Below, in pieces: positions 51,762 through 61,691 of a stretch of 64,000 nucleotides of DNA (position 1 is the first letter of the stretch; each line of letters starts with the position of its first letter). The notes below the pieces were generated by a model, which saw only the letters and a list, made by a program, of their open reading frames with translations, was not told where the DNA came from and did not search any database. The DNA lies in sequence record LR756504.1; one strand, written 5' to 3'. Both the position numbers and the translations under genes were made by a program.

Positions 51762-52316
51762 CTATACAAAACCATACTTACACTTAACTAATATCGTACC
51801 ATCATAATCCATCACAGCTTTAATAAAACTAAAAGGCATAAAAATCCTACCATTAGCATTTTCTACAATATCATTGAAAATATTATTACATAATCTATCG
51901 TAAAATTTACCATTCTCTTCTAAAGTATTTTTATTTATAGTTTCTCTATATGTATTATTCACCTGAATAGATTCTAAAAAATCTTCATAGTCCAAATCAT
52001 TATCTAAGTTCTCTATCGTAAACTTTCTAACAATTCCTCTATCGTAGTTATGTCTAATTTGAATACCATGCTTAATTAGCTTACTCAATACTAACCATGT
52101 TAAATGTGTACCATCAAAAGTTTTGTATGTTAAAGAAGAATCTTTGTATATAGTCGTTGAATTATCTAAAGAACTTATATACATAGATGCTTGCTCCATA
52201 CATATAGAGAAATTGGTAATATCTTCTATACTTGTAGTATTTGCTAAAGGTGTCCATTTATTAATTATATTACCAATAATATTTTTATCAGCTAATATAT
52301 GTCTCATTGCGCTCAT
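51762..52316 (-). CDS. Hypothetical protein, paralog of 39012..39548
   Basis: LSKLIKHGIQIRHNYD, KCKYGFV. Confidence 0.65.
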   Translation of the reverse strand: MSAMRHILADKNIIGNIINKWTPLANTTSIEDITNFSICMEQASMYISSLDNSTTIYKDSSLTYKTFDGTHLTWLVLSKLIKHGIQIRHNYDRGIVRKFTIENLDNDLDYEDFLESIQVNNTYRETINKNTLEENGKFYDRLCNNIFNDIVENANGRIFMPFSFIKAVMDYDGTILVKCKYGFV

Positions 52317-52738
52317 AATAGTCTTTCAATTTTCTCTGCCCTAATATCAGTAGCTATATCAATAAGTATATTATAAAATTTGGGTACATTTAATGTAGAG
52401 TATATTTCATTGCATTTGTCATAATATAATGAATATAAATTGTATTCATTTTTATCACTCTCAGATATTAATCTATATGTACCACATATATTATATTTTC
52501 TATTATAATCAATAGGAATATTATATCTAACAATTGTTATAACTAATTGATGCCTAACTTCATTATTCCATATATATAATTGTGGGTATAAAATAATATC
52601 AACTTTATCATTAATTTTAATTGTAATCCCATCATTATACATTATTGTATAATCACCATTATCTAATTTATTATCAATAACTGTGCTATAAGTATCAAAA
52701 AAACTTTTTAATATTACAGTTTTATCTTTAATTTCCAT
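52313..52738 (-). CDS. Paralog family C, copy 1
   Basis: FFxxYxxxIxxKLxNGDY...IVRY...RKY...YSTLN...DIRxxKIxxLL. Confidence 0.8.
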   Translation of the reverse strand: MEIKDKTVILKSFFDTYSTVIDNKLDNGDYTIMYNDGITIKINDKVDIILYPQLYIWNNEVRHQLVITIVRYNIPIDYNRKYNICGTYRLISESDKNEYNLYSLYYDKCNEIYSTLNVPKFYNILIDIATDIRAEKIERLL

Positions 52739-53163
52739 TATAATAATTCGTTTATTTTCTCTATCCTAATATCAGTAGTAATATTATTGAATAAAGTAGC
52801 TGCGAGAAATGTATTCTTTTCGGGGATATTAATAGTAGTGTATATATCATTAGATTTATTATAGTATAATGAATATAAATTCCACATGTTATTATTTTCT
52901 GAACATGATAAAACATAACTGCTATAAATTTCATATTTTCTAGCATATCCTGTAACATCAGTATATCTATTAATAGATATTCCTATTGTCCCAGTATCTC
53001 CAATATATGAATATGGAATTAATCTAACATCATACCTATCATTTATTCTAATATAAATTCCAACTAAATTTAATTTATAATCACCATTATTTAACTTAGC
53101 ATTTATGATACTATTATAAGCATTAAAGAAGTTCCTTATAACTTTTTTATCTTTTTCGTTCAT
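52738..53163 (-). CDS. Paralog family C, copy 2
   Basis: As above; RYTDVTGYARKY. Confidence 0.8.
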   Translation of the reverse strand: MNEKDKKVIRNFFNAYNSIINAKLNNGDYKLNLVGIYIRINDRYDVRLIPYSYIGDTGTIGISINRYTDVTGYARKYEIYSSYVLSCSENNNMWNLYSLYYNKSNDIYTTINIPEKNTFLAATLFNNITTDIRIEKINELL

Positions 53164-53573
53164 TATATTAAATTCTCAATTTTACTTTTTCTTAAATCTG
53201 TATTAACATCATCAAAATTAATAGATATTGAAACATGTCCATTAAATGTAGAATATATTTTATTTAATATCCCATAATATAAAGTAAATAATTTAAACTT
53301 ACTATTGATTTCATTGCTATAAAATCCATAAGTATCGTAAATATCATATTTCCTAGCATGACCTGTAATATCTGTATATCTAATAATAGAAACACTTAAT
53401 GTCTTAGTAGAAGATGAATTAAATGGATATAATAAAACATCATATCTATCATTTATTATAATAGTAACATATCTATTTTTTAATTTATAATCACCATTAT
53501 TCAATTTGTCCTGTATAATATTATTATACTCACTAAAAAATGATGCTATAATTTTTTCCTCTTTTTCACTCAT
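53163..53573 (-). CDS. Paralog family C, copy 3
   Basis: As above; RYTDITGHARKY. Confidence 0.8.
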   Translation of the reverse strand: MSEKEEKIIASFFSEYNNIIQDKLNNGDYKLKNRYVTIIINDRYDVLLYPFNSSSTKTLSVSIIRYTDITGHARKYDIYDTYGFYSNEINSKFKLFTLYYGILNKIYSTFNGHVSISINFDDVNTDLRKSKIENLI

Positions 53574-53814
53574 TACATTAAATTCTCAATTTTAGTTACT
53601 CTATACTCAGCAGGTGTTTGAAAGTTATTTAGTATCTGCATATCAGTTTTAAATACACTATAAAAATACATATCATTTAAAGTTAATATCATTTCATCAT
53701 TAGATAATAAACATGTATATCTTTCTCCCTTATTAAATAATTTATAATAAGGATAGTTAATAGTGTTAACACATATTAAGTAATCAATACCTCTATATTT
53801 AGAAAAAACTCCCA

Positions 53815-54252
53815 TTACTCTAATAAGTTATCTATTTTTTGTAATCTAATATCATTCTTAATGTCATCGAATAACATAAACTTAAATTGGTCATTAAAAA
53901 TATTATTAGATGGTATATTAAGTGTGGAATATATCTCGTTAGATTTACTATAATATAATTTATATTCATCATCACCATCATTGATCGAAAATGAATAACT
54001 ATTGTGAATATCATGTAATCTAGCATATCCTGTAATATCAGTATACCTAACAATAGTTGTTTCTAACATAGATGCCATACCCTTATTTGCTTTATATGAG
54101 AATGGAAAGAACATAACATCAAATCGCTCATTAATTTTAATAATGATATGTCTCAATTTTAACTCATAATCACCACTATCTAATTTAGTATCTATTATAA
54201 CATTATAAGTATCGAAGAAGTCTGCTATAGTCTTTCTATCCTTTTTTATCAT
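53815..54252 (-). CDS. Paralog family C, copy 4
   Basis: As above; RYTDITGYARLH. Confidence 0.8.
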   Translation of the reverse strand: MIKKDRKTIADFFDTYNVIIDTKLDSGDYELKLRHIIIKINERFDVMFFPFSYKANKGMASMLETTIVRYTDITGYARLHDIHNSYSFSINDGDDEYKLYYSKSNEIYSTLNIPSNNIFNDQFKFMLFDDIKNDIRLQKIDNLLE

Positions 54253-54266
54253 ATTCCCAATTCCTA

Positions 54267-54695
54267 TTATAATAGTCTATCTATTTTCTCTACCCTAATA
54301 TCACTATAAATTTCTTTGAATAAACTAAACCCATCACTTTTAGGTATATTAAGTGTAGAATATATCTCATTAGATTTATTATAGTATAAGGAATATAAAT
54401 TATATTCATCATCATTTTCTCTACAATTAAATCCATAACTTCTAATAATATTATGTTTCCTAGCATACCCAGTAATATCAGCATATCTAATAATAGTTAT
54501 TTCTATCAATGGTGTATCACCATTACCATACCAAATTGTTGTATGTGGATACATCTTAATATCAAATCTATCACTTACTCTAATAGTAATATCCATCTGC
54601 TTTAATTCATAATCACCATTATCCAATTTAGCATTTATTATACTATTATAAGTATTGAAGAAGCTTGCTACAATCTTTTTATCTCCCGTTAACAT
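54267..54695 (-). CDS. Paralog family C, copy 5
   Basis: As above; own promoter AAACTT-N16-TATAAT at 54715-54742. Confidence 0.8.
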   Translation of the reverse strand: MLTGDKKIVASFFNTYNSIINAKLDNGDYELKQMDITIRVSDRFDIKMYPHTTIWYGNGDTPLIEITIIRYADITGYARKHNIIRSYGFNCRENDDEYNLYSLYYNKSNEIYSTLNIPKSDGFSLFKEIYSDIRVEKIDRLL

Positions 54696-54791
54696 ATTAA
54701 TAATTCATATTATCATTATAGCGGAATTATATGGGAAAGTTTTATTTAAACTATTAAGAATATTTATGTATAATAAGTAAACTATAAATAC

Positions 54792-54971
54792 ATGGATATA
54801 AAGAATATTGTATGTAGTAATTGCAATTCTACAAATATAACAATTACAAAAAAAAGAAAAAGAACAAGTGGTAAATTAGTTCATGGTAGAAAAATGAGCT
54901 ATGGATATTGTTACAATGAACATGTTTGTAATAACTGTCAGAATACATGGAAAAAAGAAACAAGCTTATAA
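54792..54971 (+). CDS. Zinc-ribbon protein (59 aa; not in ORF track)
   Basis: MDIKNIVCSNC...HVCNNCQNTWKK; CxxC..CxxCxxxW; AAACTA-N15-TATAAT at 54748-54774. Confidence 0.65.
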   Translation: MDIKNIVCSNCNSTNITITKKRKRTSGKLVHGRKMSYGYCYNEHVCNNCQNTWKKETSL

Positions 54972-55270
54972 TGACAAAATTCGAACAATATCAAAAGTAC
55001 TCAAAATCTATAGTAGATGAATTTATAGACAAATGCTCTATGAAACATGATTACCTGGATTATTGTAATGCTCTTAGAATAGATAGTAATACATATTATA
55101 CTTTCTATACAGCTAATACTAAAAGCCTTTTGGAATTATCATTTGATACAAATCCACACACTTTATCCAAAGCAAATGTATATACTTCTAAAAGACGTAA
55201 GGAAGCTACTAAATGGCTAATAACAAATCATCTTAGTTATGAACAATGGTTATTGAAAAATAAAATATCA

Positions 55271-55702
55271 CTATAATAGATTTTCTATTTTATCTATTCT
55301 AATATCATTGTTAATATCCTTAAATATCTCTTCCGATCTAAATGGAATAATGTAAGGGATATTAAGTGTAGAATATATCTCATTAAATTTTTCATAATAT
55401 GAATATAAATTAAATTTATCATTATTTTCATTACAAGTAAATGCATGAATATTATGAATATTATATTTTCTAGCATATCCCGTAACATCCTTATATCTAA
55501 CAATAGTTACTTCCAACAATGGTATATCGCCATTACCATTCCAATTAGCTATATACGGATAAAATTTAACATCGAATCTATCATTTATTTTAATGGTAAT
55601 ATACCTCTGCTTTAATTCATAATCACCATTATCTAACTTATTATCTATTATACCCTTATAGGTATCGAAGAAGTTTGCTATAACATCACCATTCGTTTTC
55701 AT
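55271..55702 (-). CDS. Paralog family C, copy 6
   Basis: As above; own promoter AAACTT-N16-TATAAT at 55708-55735. Confidence 0.8.
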   Translation of the reverse strand: MKTNGDVIANFFDTYKGIIDNKLDNGDYELKQRYITIKINDRFDVKFYPYIANWNGNGDIPLLEVTIVRYKDVTGYARKYNIHNIHAFTCNENNDKFNLYSYYEKFNEIYSTLNIPYIIPFRSEEIFKDINNDIRIDKIENLL

Positions 55703-55745
55703 ATACTATTATAGGGAAATTATAAGGGAAAGTTTTATATAAAAC

Positions 55746-55770
55746 AAAAAAGAGGCTATTACACCTCTTT
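55746..55770 (-). terminator. Intrinsic terminator
   Basis: aaagagg/cctcttt stem with minus-strand U-tract, after stop of 55804..56112. Confidence 0.65.
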
Positions 55771-56146
55771 ATTCTTCTTAATTGATTGACTCTTAGTTTT
55801 AAGCTACCATTTTTTTAGTAAAAGATATTGAAGTAATAAATCAGTTTCTTTATAACCTGTATTATTCCCACCAGGAACACCTATCCCTGTTATATATCCA
55901 TGTCCTTCGACACTATTAAAAACGAAGTTGATTTTAGATTTAACTAAAATTTCTTCTGTTTCTTTTAACAAATTTTCTTTTTCTGTTTTACCGAGATTTA
56001 TTATATCATTTATATTCATAATATATATATCATGAGAATTATTCTTCCTTTTTATTTCATGAAAAAATGAGCTATGGTTATCACTATTGAACATATCTGT
56101 AATAATTGCCATAATAAATGGAAATAAAAAACAAATTTATAAATAA

Positions 56147-56178
56147 TTTGTATTTCTCATTATTTTTTAATATATTTG
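56147..56178 (+). promoter_or_regulatory. Bacteroidota sigma-A-type promoter
   Basis: TTTG(56147)-N20-TATATTTG(56171). Confidence 0.75.
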
Positions 56179-56205
56179 TATGAATAGTAAAAACCATCAA
56201 ATAAC

Positions 56206-56844
56206 ATGAAATTTTATTTTATTGTACTAATATCACTGCTTATTTTTTCTATAGTAAACATTGACACCGTAGATATTGGTATAGAAGAAAATATACAACA
56301 ATCTGAAAATATAGATATTTCCTCGTATAAGATATTCTATGTAAAAAATACTAAAATAGTAAATATTGAGGAATCTATGATTCTACATGATAATGATGAA
56401 TTCTCAGAATATGAACATTTATATAAAGTATTGATAGCACAGAAATTCACCCCCAAACAAATTAAAACAATTAAAGAAATAGTTATAACTAATACAGAAT
56501 CATTTAGTATAGATGGCGTTAGTGATATATTAGGTGTATGTCTAAATAAAAGAAGAGATGAATATAGTTCTACTATTCTAATAGCATCTAAACACGATGA
56601 TCATTTATACACGCTATTACATGAATGTTGTCATGCTCTATATTTTAATAATTCTGAACTATTCGATAGTAAATATAAAAATAGATGGATTGAATTAAAT
56701 CAATATGTATCTAATTATGCTCACACAAGTATAAAAGAAGATTTCGCCGAAACTGGCGCAAGTTATCTATCAAAAAGAACAGTGAGTGATGATTGTAAAG
56801 AAAAATTGAAATTATTCGAAGAATTCTATAATGAGACTAAATAA
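56206..56844 (+). CDS. Secreted/anchored zincin-like metallopeptidase, paralog of 47313..47921
   Basis: LLHECCHALY, IKEDFAETG, identical C-terminus KEKLKLFEEFYNETK. Confidence 0.7.
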   Translation: MKFYFIVLISLLIFSIVNIDTVDIGIEENIQQSENIDISSYKIFYVKNTKIVNIEESMILHDNDEFSEYEHLYKVLIAQKFTPKQIKTIKEIVITNTESFSIDGVSDILGVCLNKRRDEYSSTILIASKHDDHLYTLLHECCHALYFNNSELFDSKYKNRWIELNQYVSNYAHTSIKEDFAETGASYLSKRTVSDDCKEKLKLFEEFYNETK

Positions 56845-56902
56845 ATTTGTATTATTTTGAATTTCTCTATTATTTATATTACATTAACAAAAAGACGTAA
56901 AG

Positions 56903-57123
56903 ATGCTTAAATTCAAAATTAAAAGTGTTATAGAAGTTAGTGATTGGGATAAATTAGTTAGTGAAACCTATGGTAGACCATATAACTTTCAACAACAAGA
57001 TGGCACTCAAGATAGATGAAGAGTTAATATATCTGTACCTCAACCATATACTAATGATGATCAAATGTACGATTTTATTCCTGAATTAGTTAATGGTTAT
57101 TGAAAAATGAAATATCACTATAA
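56903..57123 (+). pseudogene. Disrupted, chimeric gene remnant
   Basis: MLKFKIK...GRPYNFQQQDGTQDR*RVNISVP...ELVNGY*; in-frame TGA at 57017 and 57101; 3' end replaced by a copy of the 3' end of gene 54947..55276. Confidence 0.65.
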
Positions 57124-57546
57124 TAGATTTTCTATTTTCTCTATTCTAATATCATTAGAGATATTATCGAATATACTGAATAGGGTATTATTCATATTCT
57201 TAGGTATATTAAGTGTGGAATATATCTCTTTAGATTTGCTATAATACAGTGAATATAAATTAAATTCGTCATTATCTTTTTGAGATAAAAATCTATAATT
57301 ATTATAAATATCATATTTTCTAGCATATCCAGTAATATCAGCATATCTAATAATAGTTATTTCTAGCATAGGTATTTCATCACTATTAAAATAAGCAAAA
57401 AATGGATACAACTTAATATCGAATTTATCATTTATTTTAATAGTGATATATTTATACTTTATTGTATAATCACCATTATTTAACTTAGCATCTATGATAC
57501 TATTATAAGTATTGAAGAAGTTTGTTATTTTATAATTTATATTCAT
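57118..57546 (-). CDS. Paralog family C, copy 7
   Basis: RYADITGYARKY, DIRIEKIENLL. Confidence 0.8.
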   Translation of the reverse strand: MNINYKITNFFNTYNSIIDAKLNNGDYTIKYKYITIKINDKFDIKLYPFFAYFNSDEIPMLEITIIRYADITGYARKYDIYNNYRFLSQKDNDEFNLYSLYYSKSKEIYSTLNIPKNMNNTLFSIFDNISNDIRIEKIENLL

Positions 57547-57566
57547 ACTACATCAAAATATTGACT

Positions 57567-57815
57567 TTATTTAGTTTCGTCTTTATGATCAAATCCTAAG
57601 CTCGCTAATTTAGCGTAAAAATTTATCATCATATTTAAATAGTTTGTTTTTAATGGACCTTTTTTAACATTTTTAAGTAAATCTCTAACTCGGCTTATTT
57701 CAAGTATTAAATTATCTAGTGTTTCTATATTTTCTTTCATATCATCTCTATGAGACATTACTTCTTGTTTTTCATTAAGTGTCTCATTTATTTTAAATTT
57801 TTTTAAATGCTTCAT
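57567..57815 (-). CDS. Hypothetical protein with MKHLKKF...LNE tag
   Basis: AATATATA at 57836-57843 (minus strand). Confidence 0.6.
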   Translation of the reverse strand: MKHLKKFKINETLNEKQEVMSHRDDMKENIETLDNLILEISRVRDLLKNVKKGPLKTNYLNMMINFYAKLASLGFDHKDETK

Positions 57816-57937
57816 ACTAATTTAATATTTACATATATATATTAATATAAAAAGAACACTTATATACACATATAGAAATAAAATATATGCTTCAAAAAGA
57901 TAATTTGGTATATGTTGTCAAAAAAAATTAAGATTTA

Positions 57938-57969
57938 TTTGGATAGTTTAAATATTCTTTGTATCTTTG
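57938..57969 (+). promoter_or_regulatory. Bacteroidota sigma-A-type promoter
   Basis: TTTG(57938)-N20-TATCTTTG(57962); true start likely ATG 57985. Confidence 0.75.
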
Positions 57970-57984
57970 TACAAATTATTCTAT

Positions 57985-58895
57985 ATGAGGCTAACAGATT
58001 CAGTAAAAGAAAGCTTTTTTAAATATCCATCCTTATTCTATAATAAGGATTATGATAGAATTAAGCATTCTGTGTGCCATCATATGTTTATTGTATTGGG
58101 TAATGAATATGATTGGGCTGAAACTAAAGATACAAAAAAAGCAGGTTATCTAATTGAACCAAAATCAAGAAAAGTTAACGGTGATTGGGTAAGAATCATA
58201 GATAAACCCTATGGTAAGAAAACTATAGATTTGGATATTGATATGTACCTGAAAGCTGATAAAATGTATCAACTTCAAATTGTTGACCATCAACGTACAA
58301 ATGAACATATTCAAAACAATATCAATATGTTTAAAGAGATGGGTAAAGAAATTGACTCTAATCTTATAGAAATACTATCAAAAAGAATCCTATCAAAAAG
58401 TTATCGTGAAGGTAGTCGCCCCTAAATACCTTATTACCTGGAGAAAAACTTACAGATAAACATGAATACTTTTTGGAAGAAATTGGTAGTAGAGTATTAG
58501 AAGGAGGTGATTCTCCATATCCTAATTTTTCTAAACAGTATAGTAAATTTTGGCAAAAAGGCTCAGAATACATTCAAGATGATTGGAGAGAAGAAGGGAT
58601 AAATCATTTAAACTATTGGAGAGAATACTTCAATGATGAAGAAAGAATCAAAACTTATTCTCACTACCCATTTAGTAACGATGGTAAAAGTTTTAATAAT
58701 GTATTGGATGCTATTAGAAAACAAGTTAAAGCAGGTAATAATAAAGAATCAGTATTGAAGAATTATTGGCTACCAGATTTTGACATAAATGATGATAACG
58801 CATATAAAGATGCTGTTAAACAAAGATGGGATAATAACCTCAATAAAACAAAATCATTCATTGAAGAAACTACTAATAGATTAATTACATTATAA
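57985..58895 (+). CDS. Probable single gene split by a frameshift near 58414-58425
   Basis: First frame ends YREGSRP*; second frame is open from 58416 (SPLNTLLPGEKLTDKHEY...), well before its annotated TTG. Confidence 0.5.
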
Positions 58896-61050
58896 ATATA
58901 AATTTATGAAATTAAGATACATCGTAATCGGATTCTTCGCTATTGTTATTCTACACTATACAGTAGTATTAACCTTTGGTTCATATGTAAAGTCTTCTAA
59001 AGGTATAAAAGACACAGGACATACTTATATCATTACTGTAGATGATAGAAACAATTCTGCTACTCATATATCAGATTCTATATTATCACAGACAGAAAGA
59101 TGTGTAGAATTTAGAAATGAGTTTGGTATGATACAAACCGAATGCGGAGATAGAATATCTAAAATTCAGATTAAATAGGCTATGAATAAAGATTTTAAAT
59201 TACTTGCACCTAACGGTAGAATATGTTATTTGAGAGATATGATACCATCCGATACAAAATACATTAAAGGAATGGTGGCTATTTTTGATTTAGAAACAGA
59301 TGAAATGATAATGAGACATTTCGATAATGTGTATTACAATGCTATTAAAAAAGGATATAAAGATTTAAGAAATTAAAGGTGTAGTTAATAACCTTAAAAG
59401 ATAGTAGGAACAACTTCTATGGATACCAATTGTAAATAGTCATGCTAATTTTATTAAGCGAAATTGAACGATCTAAATATATCTATGATTTAGATGATAA
59501 TTGGGACGATGAAGGTTCTATTGGATATACTTTTGAAACTTGGGAGAAAGCTATTAATTTTATAACCAAATTATATAACCATATAAAATCTAAGCATTCT
59601 ATAATAATGGATACTCCAACAGTCTCACATGGCCCTATGGGTTCAATTGATATTCTATGGGAAAATTCTAATTATAGACTACTTATAAATGTTCCAAAAG
59701 ATTCAAATACCATTAAATACTATGGTGATAATTATAAGAATAAATCGTATAAAGGAACACATAGCTTAAAAAAATTAAATTTTATATCTAATATATTGTT
59801 TAATTTGATAACTACATAACCATGAAAAAAATCCTAATTAGAGTATACTGCGGAATTATTATAGAAGATAAGTGCGGTAAACAATTACATCCATTAAATG
59901 ATGTTAAAGAAGCACAGAAAATCATTATGGCTAAGAAGTCAGTAGATTGCTATAGTAATAGCCCAGACTTCGTAAGTACTATAAAATACTTAGGTGAAAA
60001 GGAAAATGTTCAAACTGAGTTCTTCCTAAATGGATTATCCTTTGGTAATAACATTGATCCAATTTTTGGAGACTTTAATAAAGCTATGGATTATATGGCT
60101 GATATGAATCTATTGTAATATGAAAAATAAGAATACTTTAACAATTGAGGAAATTATAGATGGTATTAAATCTAAGTTTTCTGACTACTACTCTAATGTA
60201 TATATAGATGATAAAGATACCATAGTCTACTTTTTATTCTTTTTAAAAGAGAATACTATTGAGATTAGATCTGAGTTTTATGACTACGAAGAATACGTTA
60301 ATGAGAGAACATCCAAAGAAATTTCTTTTAAGTTCATGAGTTCAAAACTTAAAGAAAGTGATTTATTAACTGCTATAAAAATAGATTAACTATGACACCA
60401 AACACAGAAAAAGAACTAAAAGAATTAGCCGAAGAAAATGGCTATGACTCTATAAGAATATTCATTGCACCCGATAAAGAAGTATCTACAGAATCAGTAA
60501 TGGAAGATATGAAGGAAGCAATCAAAGAAGCTAGGACTGCTACACCTAAATATACTTTAGAATAACTTTAACGTAGAGATTCTAAGTTAAACAGGTTCTT
60601 TTTTACCTGATAGAATCTCTATTAATTTACTAATAACTTCTTCTAAGTCTTCTATATTAGAAATTTCTACATCGTAAATCTCAGCATATTCTGTAGTTTT
60701 TTCATCAGTTTTTCTATTAGTAATAAACTCACCGATAGTATTAAATATTGATAAATCTTCGGGTGCATCACCTACAGTAAATACTTTCTCAAATATCGTA
60801 ATGAAATGATTATCTTCCGATATATTTATATAACCTTTACCATATCCTATAGAACCAACATAGTTTATTTTATCTGATATTAGTTTAGATATATTAGGCA
60901 TTCTATGATTCTGATTATCAATAAAGCTAATATACATAACACGATTCTTATATTCAAAGTAATCCATCGTACATAATTGAGCATTCAATTTTAATGGAAA
61001 CGGGGATAGCATTTTTTCTATTTCTTCTTTCATAAGAGATTACATTTTTT

Positions 61051-61108
61051 ATTATACGATAATTGTACAGAAAGTTTATTTAAACTTATTAGAAAGTTAT
61101 TCTATAAT
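61051..61108. promoter_or_regulatory. Divergent pair of AAACTT-N15-TATAAT promoters
   Basis: Minus: 61072-61077 / 61051-61056; plus: 61082-61087 / 61103-61108. Confidence 0.65.
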
Positions 61109-61115
61109 TAGAAGT

Positions 61116-61691
61116 ATGATTTACGTAATAGGATATAGAGATAAAGTTCCTGAAGGAAGCTTAGTAATTAATACAACTTCAAGGTGTACTAATTGGAGTA
61201 GAGGGTTATCTCCTTTCTTCTTAAATCCAGGTAAACTATATGGTAATCACTCTGCTAAGAACGTAGAAAATGCGTGGCAGTATTCTAAAGTCTATAAAGA
61301 ACATTTAGATGATAAAGGTAATATCACTGATGAATACTTCTATTGGGCTAAAGAAGGTTGGAACTTAGATTCAGCAGTAAGGTATCCTATGGGGAAAGAT
61401 AGAAAACCTGAATTCTCTTATTGGGATGGAAATAGGTATGACTATATTACAGCAAGAAAGAAAATCTATGCTCCTCTATATTCAAATGCTGTTAAACTAT
61501 ACCCTGCTTATAATACCCTAAAAGATATATGTAGGAAAGCTAAAGAACAAAATGAAGATGTTTATCTATTAGACTTCGATGGCTATAATCATATCAAAGA
61601 AGGTACAGACTTTAAAGATGTAGTTAATAACCCTGATAGAAAGATGGGACACGCTTTCGTATTGTGGTATATGTTGAGTAAGGAGATTTAA
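61116..61691 (+). CDS. Phage protein, possibly a distant NADAR-like fold
   Basis: LSPF, VENAWQYSKVY, ARKKIYAPLY, GHA motifs. Confidence 0.45.
   Translation: MIYVIGYRDKVPEGSLVINTTSRCTNWSRGLSPFFLNPGKLYGNHSAKNVENAWQYSKVYKEHLDDKGNITDEYFYWAKEGWNLDSAVRYPMGKDRKPEFSYWDGNRYDYITARKKIYAPLYSNAVKLYPAYNTLKDICRKAKEQNEDVYLLDFDGYNHIKEGTDFKDVVNNPDRKMGHAFVLWYMLSKEI

Noticed and set aside
54783-54790. Exact T4 late promoter TATAAATA
   Set aside because: Single occurrence in very AT-rich DNA, just downstream of a better-supported AAACTA-N15-TATAAT promoter.
52313-57546. Diversity-generating retroelement template/variable repeats
   Set aside because: Differences between copies include all four bases and many synonymous changes rather than adenine-specific substitutions; no reverse transcriptase in the window.
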